64,000 nucleotides of DNA, taken from Eledone cirrhosa. Lineage: Eukaryota. How positions within the stretch are numbered: position 1 is the first letter of the stretch; each line of letters opens with the position of its first letter. Location: the NCBI GenBank assembly GCA_964016885.1, contig OZ024742.1, positions 179,862,001 to 179,926,000 of the forward strand, given 5' to 3'. Of the stretch, positions 44,557 through 59,041 are shown one piece after another. The notes under the pieces are model-generated. The model worked only from the letters and a program-made list of their open reading frames with translations. It ran no database searches and was not told the DNA's origin. The position numbers and the translations under genes were made by a program.

Positions 44557-44653
44557 GTATATATATATGTATATATATATATATATATTAAAATATAGAG
44601 AAAAATACTGCAGGTAGCACATGGATAACATGTAATAAAATAAGTCCCTCATC

Positions 44654-44697
<44 letters not shown>

Positions 44698-44850
44698 TTA
44701 ATATAGATGAGATTCTACAGGACTAGAACTGCTTCATGAAACATTTCTAGTCCTGTAGAATCTCATCTATATTAAAACTGTCATACTCTGCAATGTATTG
44801 AGTACCTTACTTACTGTGGATACCTCCGATTCATTCCGGAATAACATATC
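43753..44850. mobile_element. Two mutually inverted mini fold-backs (43753-43910, 44695-44850) of the 29395 family around (TA)n
   Basis: Each is tail plus a hairpin centred on ttcatgaa; the sequences match 29878-29987. Confidence 0.8.
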
Positions 44851-44867
44851 TATATATATATATACAC

Positions 44868-44955
<88 letters not shown>

Positions 44956-44956
<1 letters not shown>

Positions 44957-45500
44957 AAATATTAAACAAATAATGAATAAAACAATGAAACAGTTCCTTA
45001 TATTAAACAAAAAAAGTTCATTATTTAACGATCGTTTCTAGGATATATATGTGTTAGAATTGGCATGCATATTCAACAGATCTATGTACAAAATTATACA
45101 AAATTATACAAACTATCAAGATTAAATATACATACCAAACACACATATACGCCGTCTTCAGAAGACGGCGTATATGTGTGTTTGGTATGTATATTTAATC
45201 TTGATAGTTTGTATAATTTTGTATAATTTTGTACATAGATCTGTTGAATATGCATGCCAATTCTAACACATATATATCCTAGAAACGATCGTTAAATAAT
45301 GAACTTTTTTTGTTTAATATAAGGAACTGTTTCATTGTTTTATTCATTATTTGTTTAATATTTTATCTTGACTCTGTATACCGTTTATCTTTCACCGAAA
45401 GTGATTTTTCATTACATCTCTTCCTTCCATGATATCCGGAATACATTGAGTTCTTCATACGGATTGGACACTACCGTAAACTCTTGGTAGATTTATCTAC
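44956..45500. mobile_element. Perfect ~410-bp palindrome (centre ~45161) plus ~135-bp tail, with a truncated HHR
   Basis: Centre cgccgtcttc-a-gaagacggcg; arms contain GAAA-cgatcg-TT; minus strand has CTGAAGA at the centre. Confidence 0.8.
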
Positions 45501-45625
<125 letters not shown>

Positions 45626-45632
45626 GATATAC

Positions 45633-45663
<31 letters not shown>

Positions 45664-45664
45664 C

Positions 45665-45779
<115 letters not shown>

Positions 45780-45786
45780 GATATAC

Positions 45787-45817
<31 letters not shown>

Positions 45818-45818
45818 C

Positions 45819-45944
<126 letters not shown>

Positions 45945-45951
45945 GTGTGTA

Positions 45952-45994
<43 letters not shown>

Positions 45995-46000
<6 letters not shown>

Positions 46001-46750
46001 GACGTAAACAAGAAAATTATGAAATTCGACTTACTAAAATTTGTTGGAATGAAATTTTAGAAAGTAAGTCAATTTTCATAATTTTCTCATTTACGTCTTT
46101 CATATAATTGTTCTGCATCCCCTTGCATAGAACCACAGAGTTACTAAGACAAAACATATATATTTGCTAGATCAGGTATGCATCTGTATGCATATGTTGG
46201 TAGATATACTAATTATTTATAATTAACTCCAAATTATTTGTTGAGCAAAACATCCCGAAATTACTACTATGGTTCATGGTAGTGGCTAGGCTCTTGTCTT
46301 ATTTACACTCCACTCCTCACTGATTAACCTCAGTGTCACGTGATTGATTGTTTTGAATTTGCCACTGACCAAGTAGGCAGTGAATTTTTTCAATGTCTTG
46401 GAATTTAGTCCCCGCTCGCTTTTTCCCATCCACTGAATTATTTTTATATAAGTTCCCAGTGTCCTCGCATTGTTTGGGAACTTAGCTGAGAATAGACTCC
46501 CTGATGACGTAAGGTTTCTCTGTGGATACGTTCCGTAACCATATTTATTCTTTTACAGAAACTAATTAGTTGGAGTGAAATTTTAGTAAGTAAGTCGATT
46601 TTCCTAATTTTCTTATTTACGTCTTTCATATAATTGTTGTGCATCCCCTTGCATAGAACCACAAAGTTACTAAGACAAAACATATATATTTGCGAGAGCA
46701 TAGGTATGCATCTGTATACATATGTTGGTAGATATACTAATTCTTTATAT
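45995..46750 (+). mobile_element. HHR-bearing family C: short inverted piece plus ~1.3 copies of a ~525-bp unit (HHR 46496-46576)
   Basis: 46063-46220 is repeated at 46588-46750; actcc-CTGATGA-c-gtaagg...ttttac-a-GAAA-ctaattag-TT-ggagt. Confidence 0.86.
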
Positions 46751-46767
46751 ATATATATATATGTATG

Positions 46768-46874
<107 letters not shown>

Positions 46875-47037
46875 GTATATATATATATGTATATATATAT
46901 ATGTATATATATATATGTATATATATATATATGTATATATATATGTATATATATGTATATGTATATATGTATATATATATATATGTATATATATGTATAT
47001 GTATATATATATATGTATATATATATATGTATATATG

Positions 47038-47084
<47 letters not shown>

Positions 47085-47087
47085 GTG

Positions 47088-47123
<36 letters not shown>

Positions 47124-47125
47124 TG

Positions 47126-47270
<145 letters not shown>

Positions 47271-47276
47271 ATATGT

Positions 47277-47362
<86 letters not shown>

Positions 47363-47363
<1 letters not shown>

Positions 47364-49445
47364 GTTTAGCGAGGTTTTTTTATATGAAATCGTGTGTCGA
47401 AACAAATATTGTTATACTTGGGGAGGGTCATATTTGTGAAATATTGCCAGAATTAATAACAGAACACACTCACTGTTTGGTTGGTTTTCGCTTCTCGCTG
47501 TCTTTTATATCTGCGATCTAACTTAATCGGTCCTCAATGTTGCCATTGACTGACCGACGGTCAAAAATAATACAGATACAATATAGACACAAACACATAT
47601 ATATAGTTTACATAATTTACATAAATCTTTCGCTGCACATCTGCAACATCGTCAGTGGTATTATATTTTTTCCTCCTGTTGTGTTGTATGTCTACGCCAT
47701 TTTTTATTCAGTCTGTCTATATATTTATTTATTTATTTGCTTGTTTGTTTATTTTATTTTGTCTTCTTTGCGCATGCGTTTGCGTGTGTGTACAGTGTTG
47801 TGTGTGCTGTGTGACTAGTGTGTATAGTGTTGTGTCTGCTGGGTGACTAGTGTGTGTTTATGTGCTTGTTGTTATTGTGCTTGTGTATGTATTTATTTAT
47901 CTTATTTTATTTTATTTTATTTATTTACTTATTTATACTTCTCTTAGGTCAGTGTTGTTTGTTTGGGTGTTGTTGTTGTTCCACTCATTCTTTCTGTTTA
48001 GCTTTGGTCTTCTAATTTCTATTTCACTGGCCTCTCTGATTTGCCTATTCGCTGGGTCATTCCTATGTTTAGATATTATTCTAATTTCTATGTTGTCTAT
48101 GTTACCGTCATGTTGTTTTCTAGCATGTTCGTATAGTACTGACCCGTTATTTCGTCCTTTTAGTTCCCCCATTGTTGGTCTATCCTTTCACCTATGCTAC
48201 GAGCTGTCTCACCTATGTATGTTGTTGTCATGTTTCTGCAAGTACCCTCTGTACATCTTATGCTATAGACTACGTTTCTAGTTTTACAGTTTATCCGGGG
48301 GTTCACCTTACATATGATACATTTCCTATTGGTACAGTGGGTTTTCTTAAAAGGGTAGGTTTTGCTGATCAGGGATTTTATGGTGGTTCCTGGCTTTTCT
48401 ACCACCTTTATTTTTAAGTGGGTCTTTCTCAGGGCCTTTCTACACTGGTTAGCTAATTTCCCTCCAGGGGTGGCGTCCACAAACATGACACTCTGATATC
48501 TCTGGTTGTCGTACCATGATGTGGCCTTCCCTATCTAATGTCTAGCCCTATCTAAGCTATTCCATGATTTGCTCCTGTATAGTGGGCAAATTCCTTTCAT
48601 GTCCAGTTCTATGAGGGTCTTATACTTTTCCATGGCTCCTTCGTATACTCTGACTCTGTCTCTTTGGTTGTAGCCAGAGAACTGCATGCGGTTGATGAAG
48701 TGTTGGATGTGTCTTTCCATTTCTGTAGGGTCGCACATGCTGGACACATTCTTCATCACTCGTACCAAATCTGCGATCAGAATATTAAACTTAGCACTAC
48801 TGGACAGATAGGCAAATCAGAGAGGCCAGTGAAATAGAAATTAGAAGACCAAAGCTAAACAGAAAGAATGAGTGGAACAACAACAACACCCAAACAAACA
48901 ACACTGACCTAAGAGAAGTATAAATAAGTAAATAAATAAAATAAAATAAAATAAGATAAATAAATACATACACAAGCAAAATAACAACAAGCACATAAAC
49001 ACACACTAGTCACCCAGCAGACACAACACTATACACACTAGTCACACAGCACACACAACACTGTACACACACGCAAACGCATGCGCAAAGAAGACAAAAT
49101 AAATAAACAAACAAGCAAATAAATAAATAAATATATAGACAGACTGAATAAAAAATGGCGTAGACATACAACACAACAGGAGGAAAAAATATAATACCAC
49201 TGACGATGTTGCAGATGTGCAACGAAAGATTTATGTAAATTATGTAAACTATATATATGTGTTTGTGTCTATATTGTATCTGTATTATTTTTGACCGTCG
49301 GTCAGTCAATGGCAACATTGAGGACCGATTAAGTTAGATCGCAGATATAAAAGACAGCGAGAAGCGAAAACCAACCAAACAGTGAGTGTGTTCTGTTATT
49401 AATTCTGGCAATATTACACAAATATGACCCTCCCCAAGTATAACA

Positions 49446-49447
<2 letters not shown>
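47363..49447 (-). mobile_element. Penelope-like element: 5'-truncated disrupted ORF (47933-48795) with a ~640-bp inverted pLTR (47406-48046 / 48808-49447) and ~43-bp tail
   Basis: NCKTRNVVYSIRC...YIGETARSIGERI, paralogous to 41996-42886; stop and frameshift; classical PLE inverted-repeat layout in (TA)n. Confidence 0.92.
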
Positions 49448-49496
<49 letters not shown>

Positions 49497-49562
49497 AATA
49501 TATATATATATGTATATATATAAATATATATATATGTATATATATAAATATATATATATATG

Positions 49563-49604
<42 letters not shown>

Positions 49605-49620
49605 AATATATATATATATG

Positions 49621-49674
<54 letters not shown>

Positions 49675-49703
49675 TATATATATATGTATATATATAAATA
49701 TAT

Positions 49704-49783
<80 letters not shown>

Positions 49784-49799
49784 ATATATATATGTATAT

Positions 49800-50112
49800 T
49801 AGTGATCCCCTCTTGCTTCTCAACATTCTCTACCAGATATTTTGTTTTAGTCTCATTCATTCTCAACCCCACACTCATCGACACAGTCTCAACCTCCCGC
49901 ATCAAATCGTCTGCCTCCTTCACTGTATTTGTCAATTTGTCACCAAAACTATGTCGTCGGCAAATTCAGCATCCGATACCTTTTTCGCCCTAACTCTCCT
50001 GCTCTGAGCCGGTGCTACAGTAAAGCCAGAGTCCTGGTGTTTCTCCAGTGCAAGGCGATGATAAAAAGTTAGGGAGCCAATGTAACTCTCTGGAGCACTC
50101 CAGCCAGTATGT
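49800..50112 (-). mobile_element. RTE-like RT internal fragment
   Basis: [25 protein letters not shown]. Confidence 0.75.
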
Positions 50113-50149
50113 CAATATGTATATATATATATGTATATATATATATATT

Positions 50150-50606
50150 TCGTTCCTGAATTTGTTTAGCAAGATTCTTTATCTGAAAACGTGTGTTGAA
50201 ACCGTTATTGTTATTCTTTGGGAGGGTCATGTTGCCAATAAGAAACACACGCAATTTATTATAATAAATTTACACGCAATTTATTATAATAAATTTAGAA
50301 ATCTAGAAATTTATAAATTTCCGGGTGGTTGGTTGGTTCCACAACCAGATGGTTGTTTATATATTGTCAAATTTCTTTCGTCAGACAATCTGTGACCTCT
50401 TCAGTAACTGGGGATACTTTTCTTTGTTTTTTGTGCCTCTCCTTTGTCCTGTCCTACGCCATCTTTTGTTGTATATATTATATATATATATGTATATATA
50501 TATGTATATATATATATGTATATATATGTATATATATGTATATATATATGTTTATGTATATATATATGTATATGTATGTATATATGTATATATATATATG
50601 TATATA

Positions 50607-50669
<63 letters not shown>

Positions 50670-51172
50670 GTATATGTATGTATATATATATATGTATGTA
50701 TATATATATATATGTATATATATATATGTATATATATATGTGTATATATGTATATATATATATATGAATGTATATATATATGTATATATATATGTGTGTA
50801 TATATATATGTATATATATGTATATATATATATGTATATATATATGTATTAGTCTTGCGAGGTTAAAGAGACTAAATAAAGTTGGCGTAGAAAATACAAT
50901 GCAACGGGAGGAAACAATACCACCACTGACGATGTTGCAGATGTGCAACAAAAGAACTTTGATAAACTATATATATGTGTTTGTGTCTATATTGTATCTG
51001 TATTATTTTTTTATCGTTGGTGAGTCAGTGGCAACATTGAGGACCGAATAAATTACATTACCGATATAAAAGACACAGAAGCGAAAAGCGAAAACCAACC
51101 ATACACTGAGTGTGTTCTGTTATTAATTCTGGCAATATCACACAAATATGACCCTCTCCAAGTATAACAATA
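50150..51172. mobile_element. Two Penelope pLTR pieces in opposite orientation separated by (TA)n
   Basis: 50200-50472 matches 41613-41850; 50865-51172 matches 40310-40610. Confidence 0.78.
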
Positions 51173-51230
51173 TATATATGTATATATATATATATATTTA
51201 TATATATTTATATATATATGTATATATATG

Positions 51231-51280
<50 letters not shown>

Positions 51281-51298
51281 AATGTATATATATATATG

Positions 51299-51350
<52 letters not shown>

Positions 51351-51372
51351 TATATAAATGTATATATATATG

Positions 51373-51456
<84 letters not shown>

Positions 51457-51463
<7 letters not shown>

Positions 51464-52477
51464 CGTAAATAAGAAAGTTATAAAAATTGACTTACTTACT
51501 AAAATTTCACTCCAACTAATTAGTTTCTGTCAGGGGATAAATATAGTTACGTAATAACTATAGAGAAGCCTTACATCATCAGGGAGTCTATTCTCAACTA
51601 AGCTTCCAGGCAATGCGGGGACACTGGCAACTTATATAAAAATAATTCAGTAGATGGAAAAAAGCGAGCGGGGCTAGATTCCAGGACACTGAAAAATTCA
51701 CTGCCTTCTTGGTCAAGTGGCAAATTCAAAAGAATCAATCACGTGACACTGAGGTTTACCAGCTTGGAGTGGGCGTGCTATTAAGACAGAGCCTAGCCAC
51801 TACTATCAGTCACAGTAGTAATTTCGGCATATTTTGCTCAACAAATAATTTGGAGATAATTATAAAGAATTAATATATCTACCGACATATGTATACTGAT
51901 GCATACCTATGCTAGCAAATATATATGTTTTGTCTTAGTAACTTTGTGGTTCTATGCAGGGGAATGCACAACAATTATATGAAAGACGTAAATAAGAAAG
52001 TTATGAAAATTGACTTACTTACTAAAATTTCACTCCAACTAATTAGTTTCTGTAAGGGGATAAATATAGTTACGTAATAACTATAGAATTTGAATTTGCC
52101 ACTTGACCAAGAAGGCAGTGAATTATTCAGTGTCCTGGAATCTAGCCCCGCTCGCTTTTTTTCAGCCACAGAATTATTTTTATATAAGTTGCCAGTGTCC
52201 CCGCATTGCCTGGAAGCTTAGCTGAGAATAGACTCCCTGATGACGTAAGGCTTCTCTATAGTTATTACGTAACTATATTTATCCCCTTACAGAAACTAAT
52301 TAGTTGGAGTGAAATTTTAGTAAGTAAGTCAATTTTCATAACTTTCTTATTTACGTCTTTCATATAATTGTTCTGCATTCCCCTGCATAGAACCACAAAG
52401 TTACTAAGACAAAACATATATATTTGCTAGCATAGGTATGCATCTGTATACATATGTCGGTAGATATATTGATTCTT

Positions 52478-52480
<3 letters not shown>
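51457..52480. mobile_element. HHR-bearing family C: 1.2 minus-strand units then an inverted copy (HHRs 51509-51587 minus, 52232-52310 plus)
   Basis: actcc-CTGATGA-c-gtaagg...ccttac-a-GAAA-ctaattag-TT-ggagt; period ~523 bp. Confidence 0.87.
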
Positions 52481-52544
<64 letters not shown>

Positions 52545-52835
52545 GTATATATATATGTATATATGTATATATATATACATATATGTGTATATATATATGT
52601 ATATATATATGTATATATATATATATGTATATATATTTATATATATATATATGTATATATATGTATATATATATATATATATGTATATATATGTATATAT
52701 ATATGTATATATATATGTATATATATATATATGTATGTATATATATATATATATGTATATATTTATATGTATTTATATATATATGTATATATATATGTAT
52801 ATATATATATGTATATATATATGTATATATATATG

Positions 52836-52866
<31 letters not shown>

Positions 52867-52905
52867 GTATATATGTATATATATATATATGTATATATAT
52901 ATGTG

Positions 52906-52950
<45 letters not shown>

Positions 52951-52954
52951 CTAT

Positions 52955-54590
52955 GTATAAGTATGTATACGTACATACATATATGTATACAGACGTACAG
53001 TAGTATGTATATACATGCACACATATATATATATGTACGTATGGATTCACCAAACATTTATTATAATGCTCGGTGTGTTTGTAAAACAACACCCCGTATA
53101 AAGCCGTAGTGTCTAGCAACCATCGTTGCTCGTTTGTTCAACACTGACAAAGGAACGCTGTACTAGTTTCAAGCTTGTTAGCTATCGTCAGCAACGTATA
53201 CCTTCCTGCCAGATTGTTGAACGTCTGAAAGTATATACTTTCCTTATGCATATTAACGGCTGAGTAGCCCAATTTGCATATCGAGTGGGTTAATCGGCTG
53301 GGTGCACCGAAAACGATAAACAGAAAAAATGAAACGAAATTTCATTTCCCACTCTTAGTACGGCTGTTACTTAAATATAAGTATGTACACGTACATACAT
53401 ATATGTATACAGACGCACAGTAATATGTATATATATATACATACATGCACACATATATATATGTACGTATGGATTCACCGAACTTTTATTATAATGCTCG
53501 GTGTGTTTGTAAACAAACATCCCGTATTAAGCTGTAGTGTCTAGCAACCATCGTTGCTCGTTTGTTCAACACTGACAAAGGAATGCTGTACTAGTTTGAA
53601 GCTTTTTAGCTATCGTCAGCAACTTATACCTTCCTCCCAGAGTGTTGAACGTCTGAAAGTATATACTTTCCTTATGCATATTAACGGCTGAGTAGCCCAA
53701 TTTGCATATCGAGTGGGTTAATCGGCCGGGTGCACCGAAAACGATTAACGGAAAAACTGAAACGAAATTTCATATTTAAGTGACAGCCGTACTAAGAGTG
53801 GGAAATGAAAGTATATACTTTCAGGCGTTCAACAATCTGGCAGTAAGGTATACGTTGCTGACGATAGCTAATAAGCTTGATACTAGTACAGCGTTTCTTT
53901 GTCAGTGTTGAACAAACGAGCAACGATGGTTGCTAGACACTACGGCTTAATACGGGATATTTGTTTACAAACACACCGAGCATTATAATAAATGTTCGGT
54001 GAATCCATATGTACATATATATATGTGTGCATGTATCTATATATATATACATACTACTGTATGTCTGTATACATATATGTATGTACGTGTACATACTTAT
54101 ATTTAAGTAACAGCCGTACTAAGAGTGGGAAATGAAATTTCGTATCATTTTTTTCCGTTTATCGTTTTCGGTGCACCCGGCCGATTAACCCACTCGATAT
54201 GCAAATTGGGCTACTCAGCCGTTAATATGCATAAGGATAGTATATTCTTTCAGACGTTCAACAATCTGGCAGGAAGTTATACGTTGCTGACGATAGCTAA
54301 TAAGCTTGAAACTAGTACAGCGTTCCTTTGTCAGTTTTGAACAAACTAGCAACGATGGTTGCTAGACACTACGGCTTAATACGGGATATTTGTTTACAAA
54401 CACACTGAGCATTATAATAAATGTTCGGTTAATCCATACGTACATATATATATGTGTGCATGTATGTATATATATATACATACTACTGTATGTCTGTATT
54501 CATATATGTATGTACGTGCACATACTTATATTTAAGTAACATCCGTACTAAGAGTGGGAAATGAAATTTCGTTTCATTTTTTTCCGTTTA
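52955..54590. mobile_element. Second locus of family B (~430-bp unit): ~2 minus-strand then ~2 plus-strand copies, slightly diverged
   Basis: HHRs at 53155-53197(-, intact), 53583-53625(-, GAAA to CAAA), 53852-53894(+, GAAA to GATA), 54281-54323(+, intact). Confidence 0.9.
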
Positions 54591-54614
54591 TATATATATA
54601 TAAACGTATATATA

Positions 54615-55171
54615 TATATGATAAAAATAGTCCTTCGTCAGTGATTTGCCAACCATCATTGATATTTCATCGCATTAAAAATAATATACCTCAGGTTGGT
54701 GCGAGCAATAGCTAAATAAAGCTATTGGGACAAGTAAATCGCGTAAAGCGAGTGAGACAAGTAAACAACATAGAAGGATGAAAGCAACGCAAAGATGGGA
54801 ATAAACAAGCAACATGGTTATCCGGTCAGCATAAGCTGGGTGGATTTCATGAGCGATCGTGATAGAGACCGTCCGACGTGAGCGAGATGTGAGCAAGAAG
54901 AGAACCCACTAGTAGCCAAACGGGAGGAAGTGAGAAGGGAGAAACAGAGAGAGAATGAGTGGAAGTGCGAGGAAGAGGTCAGTCGAGAGAAAGTGTAACT
55001 GTCAGAGGGGGAGAAAGAAGGTGAGAGCAACAGAGAGAACGGGGAAGCAGTAAGAGAGAAACAGACAAACGCAGCCGAGGTAAATATATATAAAAAACAT
55101 GAGAACAAAGAAGAATACTGCGTGGTTGCACATGGGTTACATATGATAAAAATAGTCCTTCGTCAGTGATT
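54615..55171 (-). mobile_element. ~525-bp unit with ~30-bp terminal direct repeat carrying CTGACGA; pLTR-like
   Basis: atatgataaaaatagtccttcgtcagtgat at 54616 and 55141; similar sequence at 44600-44657. Confidence 0.55.
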
Positions 55172-55185
55172 ATATATATATATAC

Positions 55186-55217
<32 letters not shown>

Positions 55218-55281
55218 GTATATATATATATATATACGTATATAGATATATATAAACGTATATATATATATATATATAAAC

Positions 55282-55386
<105 letters not shown>

Positions 55387-55522
55387 GGAAACACACATAT
55401 AGAAAGAACTGTGGTAAACAAATGAATAACGAACAATAAAGATATAGTGAAAATAATATGTTCCCTGTGTTTCTTTCTATTGGCAATATTGGTAACATGA
55501 CCATCCCCAAATATAGCAATAT

Positions 55523-55592
<70 letters not shown>

Positions 55593-55644
55593 TTGTATAT
55601 AGAACAATGCGAAACAGATTTCAGATATAGGTAGAGAGTTACTT

Positions 55645-55759
55645 CATTGTTTTACGATCGTTTCACAGGGTTGATTAATCTAGCATGGTGTTTGTTAAGT
55701 TATTACCTATGTTTAGTCTTGACAACCCTGTTCAATTGGCCATCCTCCTCAGCTCAATG
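55645..55759 (-). ncRNA. Hammerhead-like motif with long stem II
   Basis: Minus: CTGAGGA...acagggttg/caaccctgt-GAAA-cgatcg-TA; palindromic ACGATCGT stem III; imperfect stem I. Confidence 0.55.
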
Positions 55760-56855
55760 TGCCATATTGTTGCATTGACTCTGAAACCACATAGGTGTGA
55801 AATGAATTCCTTAACTCCATAGACATACTTACCGCTGTATAGTAGAAAATACATTCGAGAAATGTATATATTTTCATTATTACTTCTTATGATTTTTAAT
55901 AATGTTAATTTGCATAGAAGAGATTTTTTATTGGATAAATGATTATTGTTTTACAGCTGGATAATTTTTTATATACTGCAGGGCAATCATCCATTAGTGT
56001 TGTAATATTCCATCACTCTCACACATCACAATAATGGCTGTAATAAATATTGAACAAGAGACCATGTAGTTTAGTATATTCACAAATTGGGAGGACATTT
56101 CAGTTGCATCAAAGGCACAACAACATCCTTATTGATGGTGATCTACATGACAAACATACTGAGTACAATGAATAATATAGTTGGTGAGAGGACGGGCAGC
56201 TGACTATATAAAACTTGCCAAGCAAATGGTTGGAGAATTCTTTTAGCATTTACATTACTCTCTTTATACTATTATATTTTCCTGGTAAACACTTTATTTC
56301 ACATAATTATCTCACATAATATCAAATCTATGAGATTTTTATATTATTTATTTTGAAAACAATACCTTAACATCAGTATGAGTGGCCACTTATGGCCGGT
56401 TTGAACAGAAAGAGGTGAGAGAATTCTGGCCGGATACAGCCGGTTTAATGCTAAAGGATTAAGGACATAACACCCTCCTTATTACTGGTACCACAATAAT
56501 CCACTCGGCAGAGTGTGGAAATGTATGTCAAAAATGTAGCCCCCTGGACTATATGAGAGGTAAGTAAATCCACTTGAGTACTGACTTGTTTTATGGAAAC
56601 ATATCCAACCATTGTTAGCAGGGAAGACAAATGTGAAATTATGATGATGATTAACCCACTAGTTATTGTACCCTACATACATTTTACACTTATTTCTTAG
56701 TCATTTATGCACGGCTAAGAATTTGGCTTTGCAATCATGTTATTCTAAGTTCAATCACACTGTGTAGTACTTTGGATGAGTGTTTTCTGCTATAACTTTG
56801 AATTGACCAATGCCTTGTTAGAGGAATTTGGTTGGCAGAAACTGCAGAAGCCCAA

Positions 56856-56892
<37 letters not shown>

Positions 56893-57119
56893 TTATATAT
56901 GTGTCTGTGTTTATGTCTAATAACTTAGTGCTTTGACATAAAAGAGGTCATACATGAAAAAATATGTACTGGGGTCTATATGATCAATTCAACCAAGTTG
57001 GTGCCCCAGCATGACCGCCGTCTACTGACTGAATCAGTAAAAGAATAAACGAATATGCAGATATTGTTATTGTAGTAAAATGTAAGAATATAGTTCTTTT
57101 AATTATTTTCATTTTTATT

Positions 57120-57690
57120 CGAGGAGGAAGGGCAGGCGGTTTTCATCTGCCTGGTGGCCATGGCAAAAGAGATTGTGTGGTGGACAAGGTTGAAAGGTTT
57201 AAAGACAGACACTTTACTCTTCGGCGAATCCCTAATTAACTTTTTCAAGTTTCACTTGAAGAGGAAAATCAGGGTGGAGAGGCAAGTGCTGCCTTCTAGC
57301 AAGTTTGTTGAATGGTGGGTGAATGTAGCGAGAATGGTCCGAGTGAACGGGACCGCTCTGAATATACGTCTGTAGTTTGAGAGATGGAAAAATTGAGAGA
57401 GGGCGCTTGCCCTGGTGGTCAGGGTGGCCGTGGTCTTTTGTGTGGTTTTCGCCACGAGTAACCCTCGGAGGTCCCCCCCCCCATTGGGGAATTTTTCATT
57501 GTTTCAATTTTCATTTTTATTGTTTATATATATATATATATGTTTCTATGTCTTTTTTTCTTTTCTTATATAAATAATAAAAATATTTACACGCACAAAA
57601 CCCACATCGTACTGTCCTGTACCGTCCTGTGCTGTCTGTAATATTTTTCTTGATATCAGCCCTTGTGCCCAATAAAGAAATAATTATTAT
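57120..57690 (+). mobile_element. L1/Tx1-like LINE 3' end
   Basis: AMAKEIVWWTR...KRKIRVER..L....F.EWW resembles Tx1/L1 ORF2 C-termini; T-rich UTR, AATAAA and (TAA/TTA)n. Confidence 0.55.
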
Positions 57691-58270
57691 TATTAACACT
57701 ATTATTATTTATTTTTATTGTTATTATTATTATTTATTTATTATTATTTGTTTTTTTTTCATATTTTTCAGTTCTGAAACATTTGAGAATCATTTCATGT
57801 GGCACAATCAAAACTATAACATATTTGCCCCATTGAGTTTTTGGAATGTTTCCCAAGCTAGTCCATGCATGGATAGGGGCTTATTTAAGCAGAACTGAGT
57901 GGTGCTATAATCTAAACAGCAAAGAAATCATGGAATCCTGGCACTGTTCAACCATGCAACTTCTATCCAAACAATGTTAACAAAGATTATAAATAATATC
58001 AGCGATATATCACTATAAAATTTTAGGTAAAATAAAATTTAAATAAAACAGTAAACAAGATTTGTAAATTAACATTTCTTTGTATTTTTTCTTGTGTAGC
58101 CTAATGGCAGCAAAGAGGTAGTTTAACATATATTTCATAGAAATTAGCTAAATCTGCTAATTTCTCTGAAATTCAATATTTCTCTGATGTACAAACATAG
58201 GATATCTGCTGTACCAGTTTTGGTGAAACATTTCTTTTGCTTAATTTGCAGTCTGATGGAAGCCATCTTA

Positions 58271-59041
58271 TCTATATATAGATAAAACTGAGGATGTCTG
58301 TCTGTGTGTGTGTGAGTTTGAATCCCTAAAACTCGAGAACCACCCAACCGACTGTTTTCAAACTTTACACATGTAATACTTATGTTTCAGGGAGTGTTCT
58401 GAGCAAAGAAAATTCAAATGTTCAATGCCCTAGGGACCGCATTAGGCGATTTAGCGATCTCTCTATATAACTCTTAGTCTTTCTCTTTTTAGATAGATAC
58501 ATACATATAACGTCGCGCCCTTATAATATCTGTCTGTATGCCTGGCTGTCTGCATTACGTCACTTCCCTGAGGATGTCTGTGTGTGTTTGTGTGTGTGTG
58601 TGTGTGTGAGTTTGAATCCCTAAAACTCGAGAAGTACCCAACCGACTTTTTTCAAACTTCACATGTGTATTACTTATGTTTCAGGGAGTGTTATGCACAT
58701 AAAAAAATCCAACTTTTTTCATGGCCCGCATTAGGTGAAAAACTTCATTTTTTAGCTTTTTAGGGCTTTTTGGAGGCCTTACGTCTATTTTTACCGAAAT
58801 TTCAAGGCATATTATGCACATAAACAAAATTATTTTCTTGATCCCATAGGGTCCGCATTAGTTGAAAACCTGCATTTGTCCTGCTTCATCGAGTAAAATC
58901 TTAAAGATTATCCAACCATCAGAGTATTCGGTTTATTTTCTTTACATATTGTCCAAGCATGCAGTTTTTCCACGATTAGGTCTGTTGGTGGCCCGCGTTC
59001 CAAAATACCTTATCCCGTGCAACGCTGGGTACCCCTGCTAG
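58271..59041 (+). mobile_element. Non-autonomous Helitron, related termini to the 14189 copy
   Basis: 5' tctatatatagataaaactg, 3' cccgtgcaacgctggg...CTAG; internal duplication 58288-58400 / 58568-58692. Confidence 0.8.
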
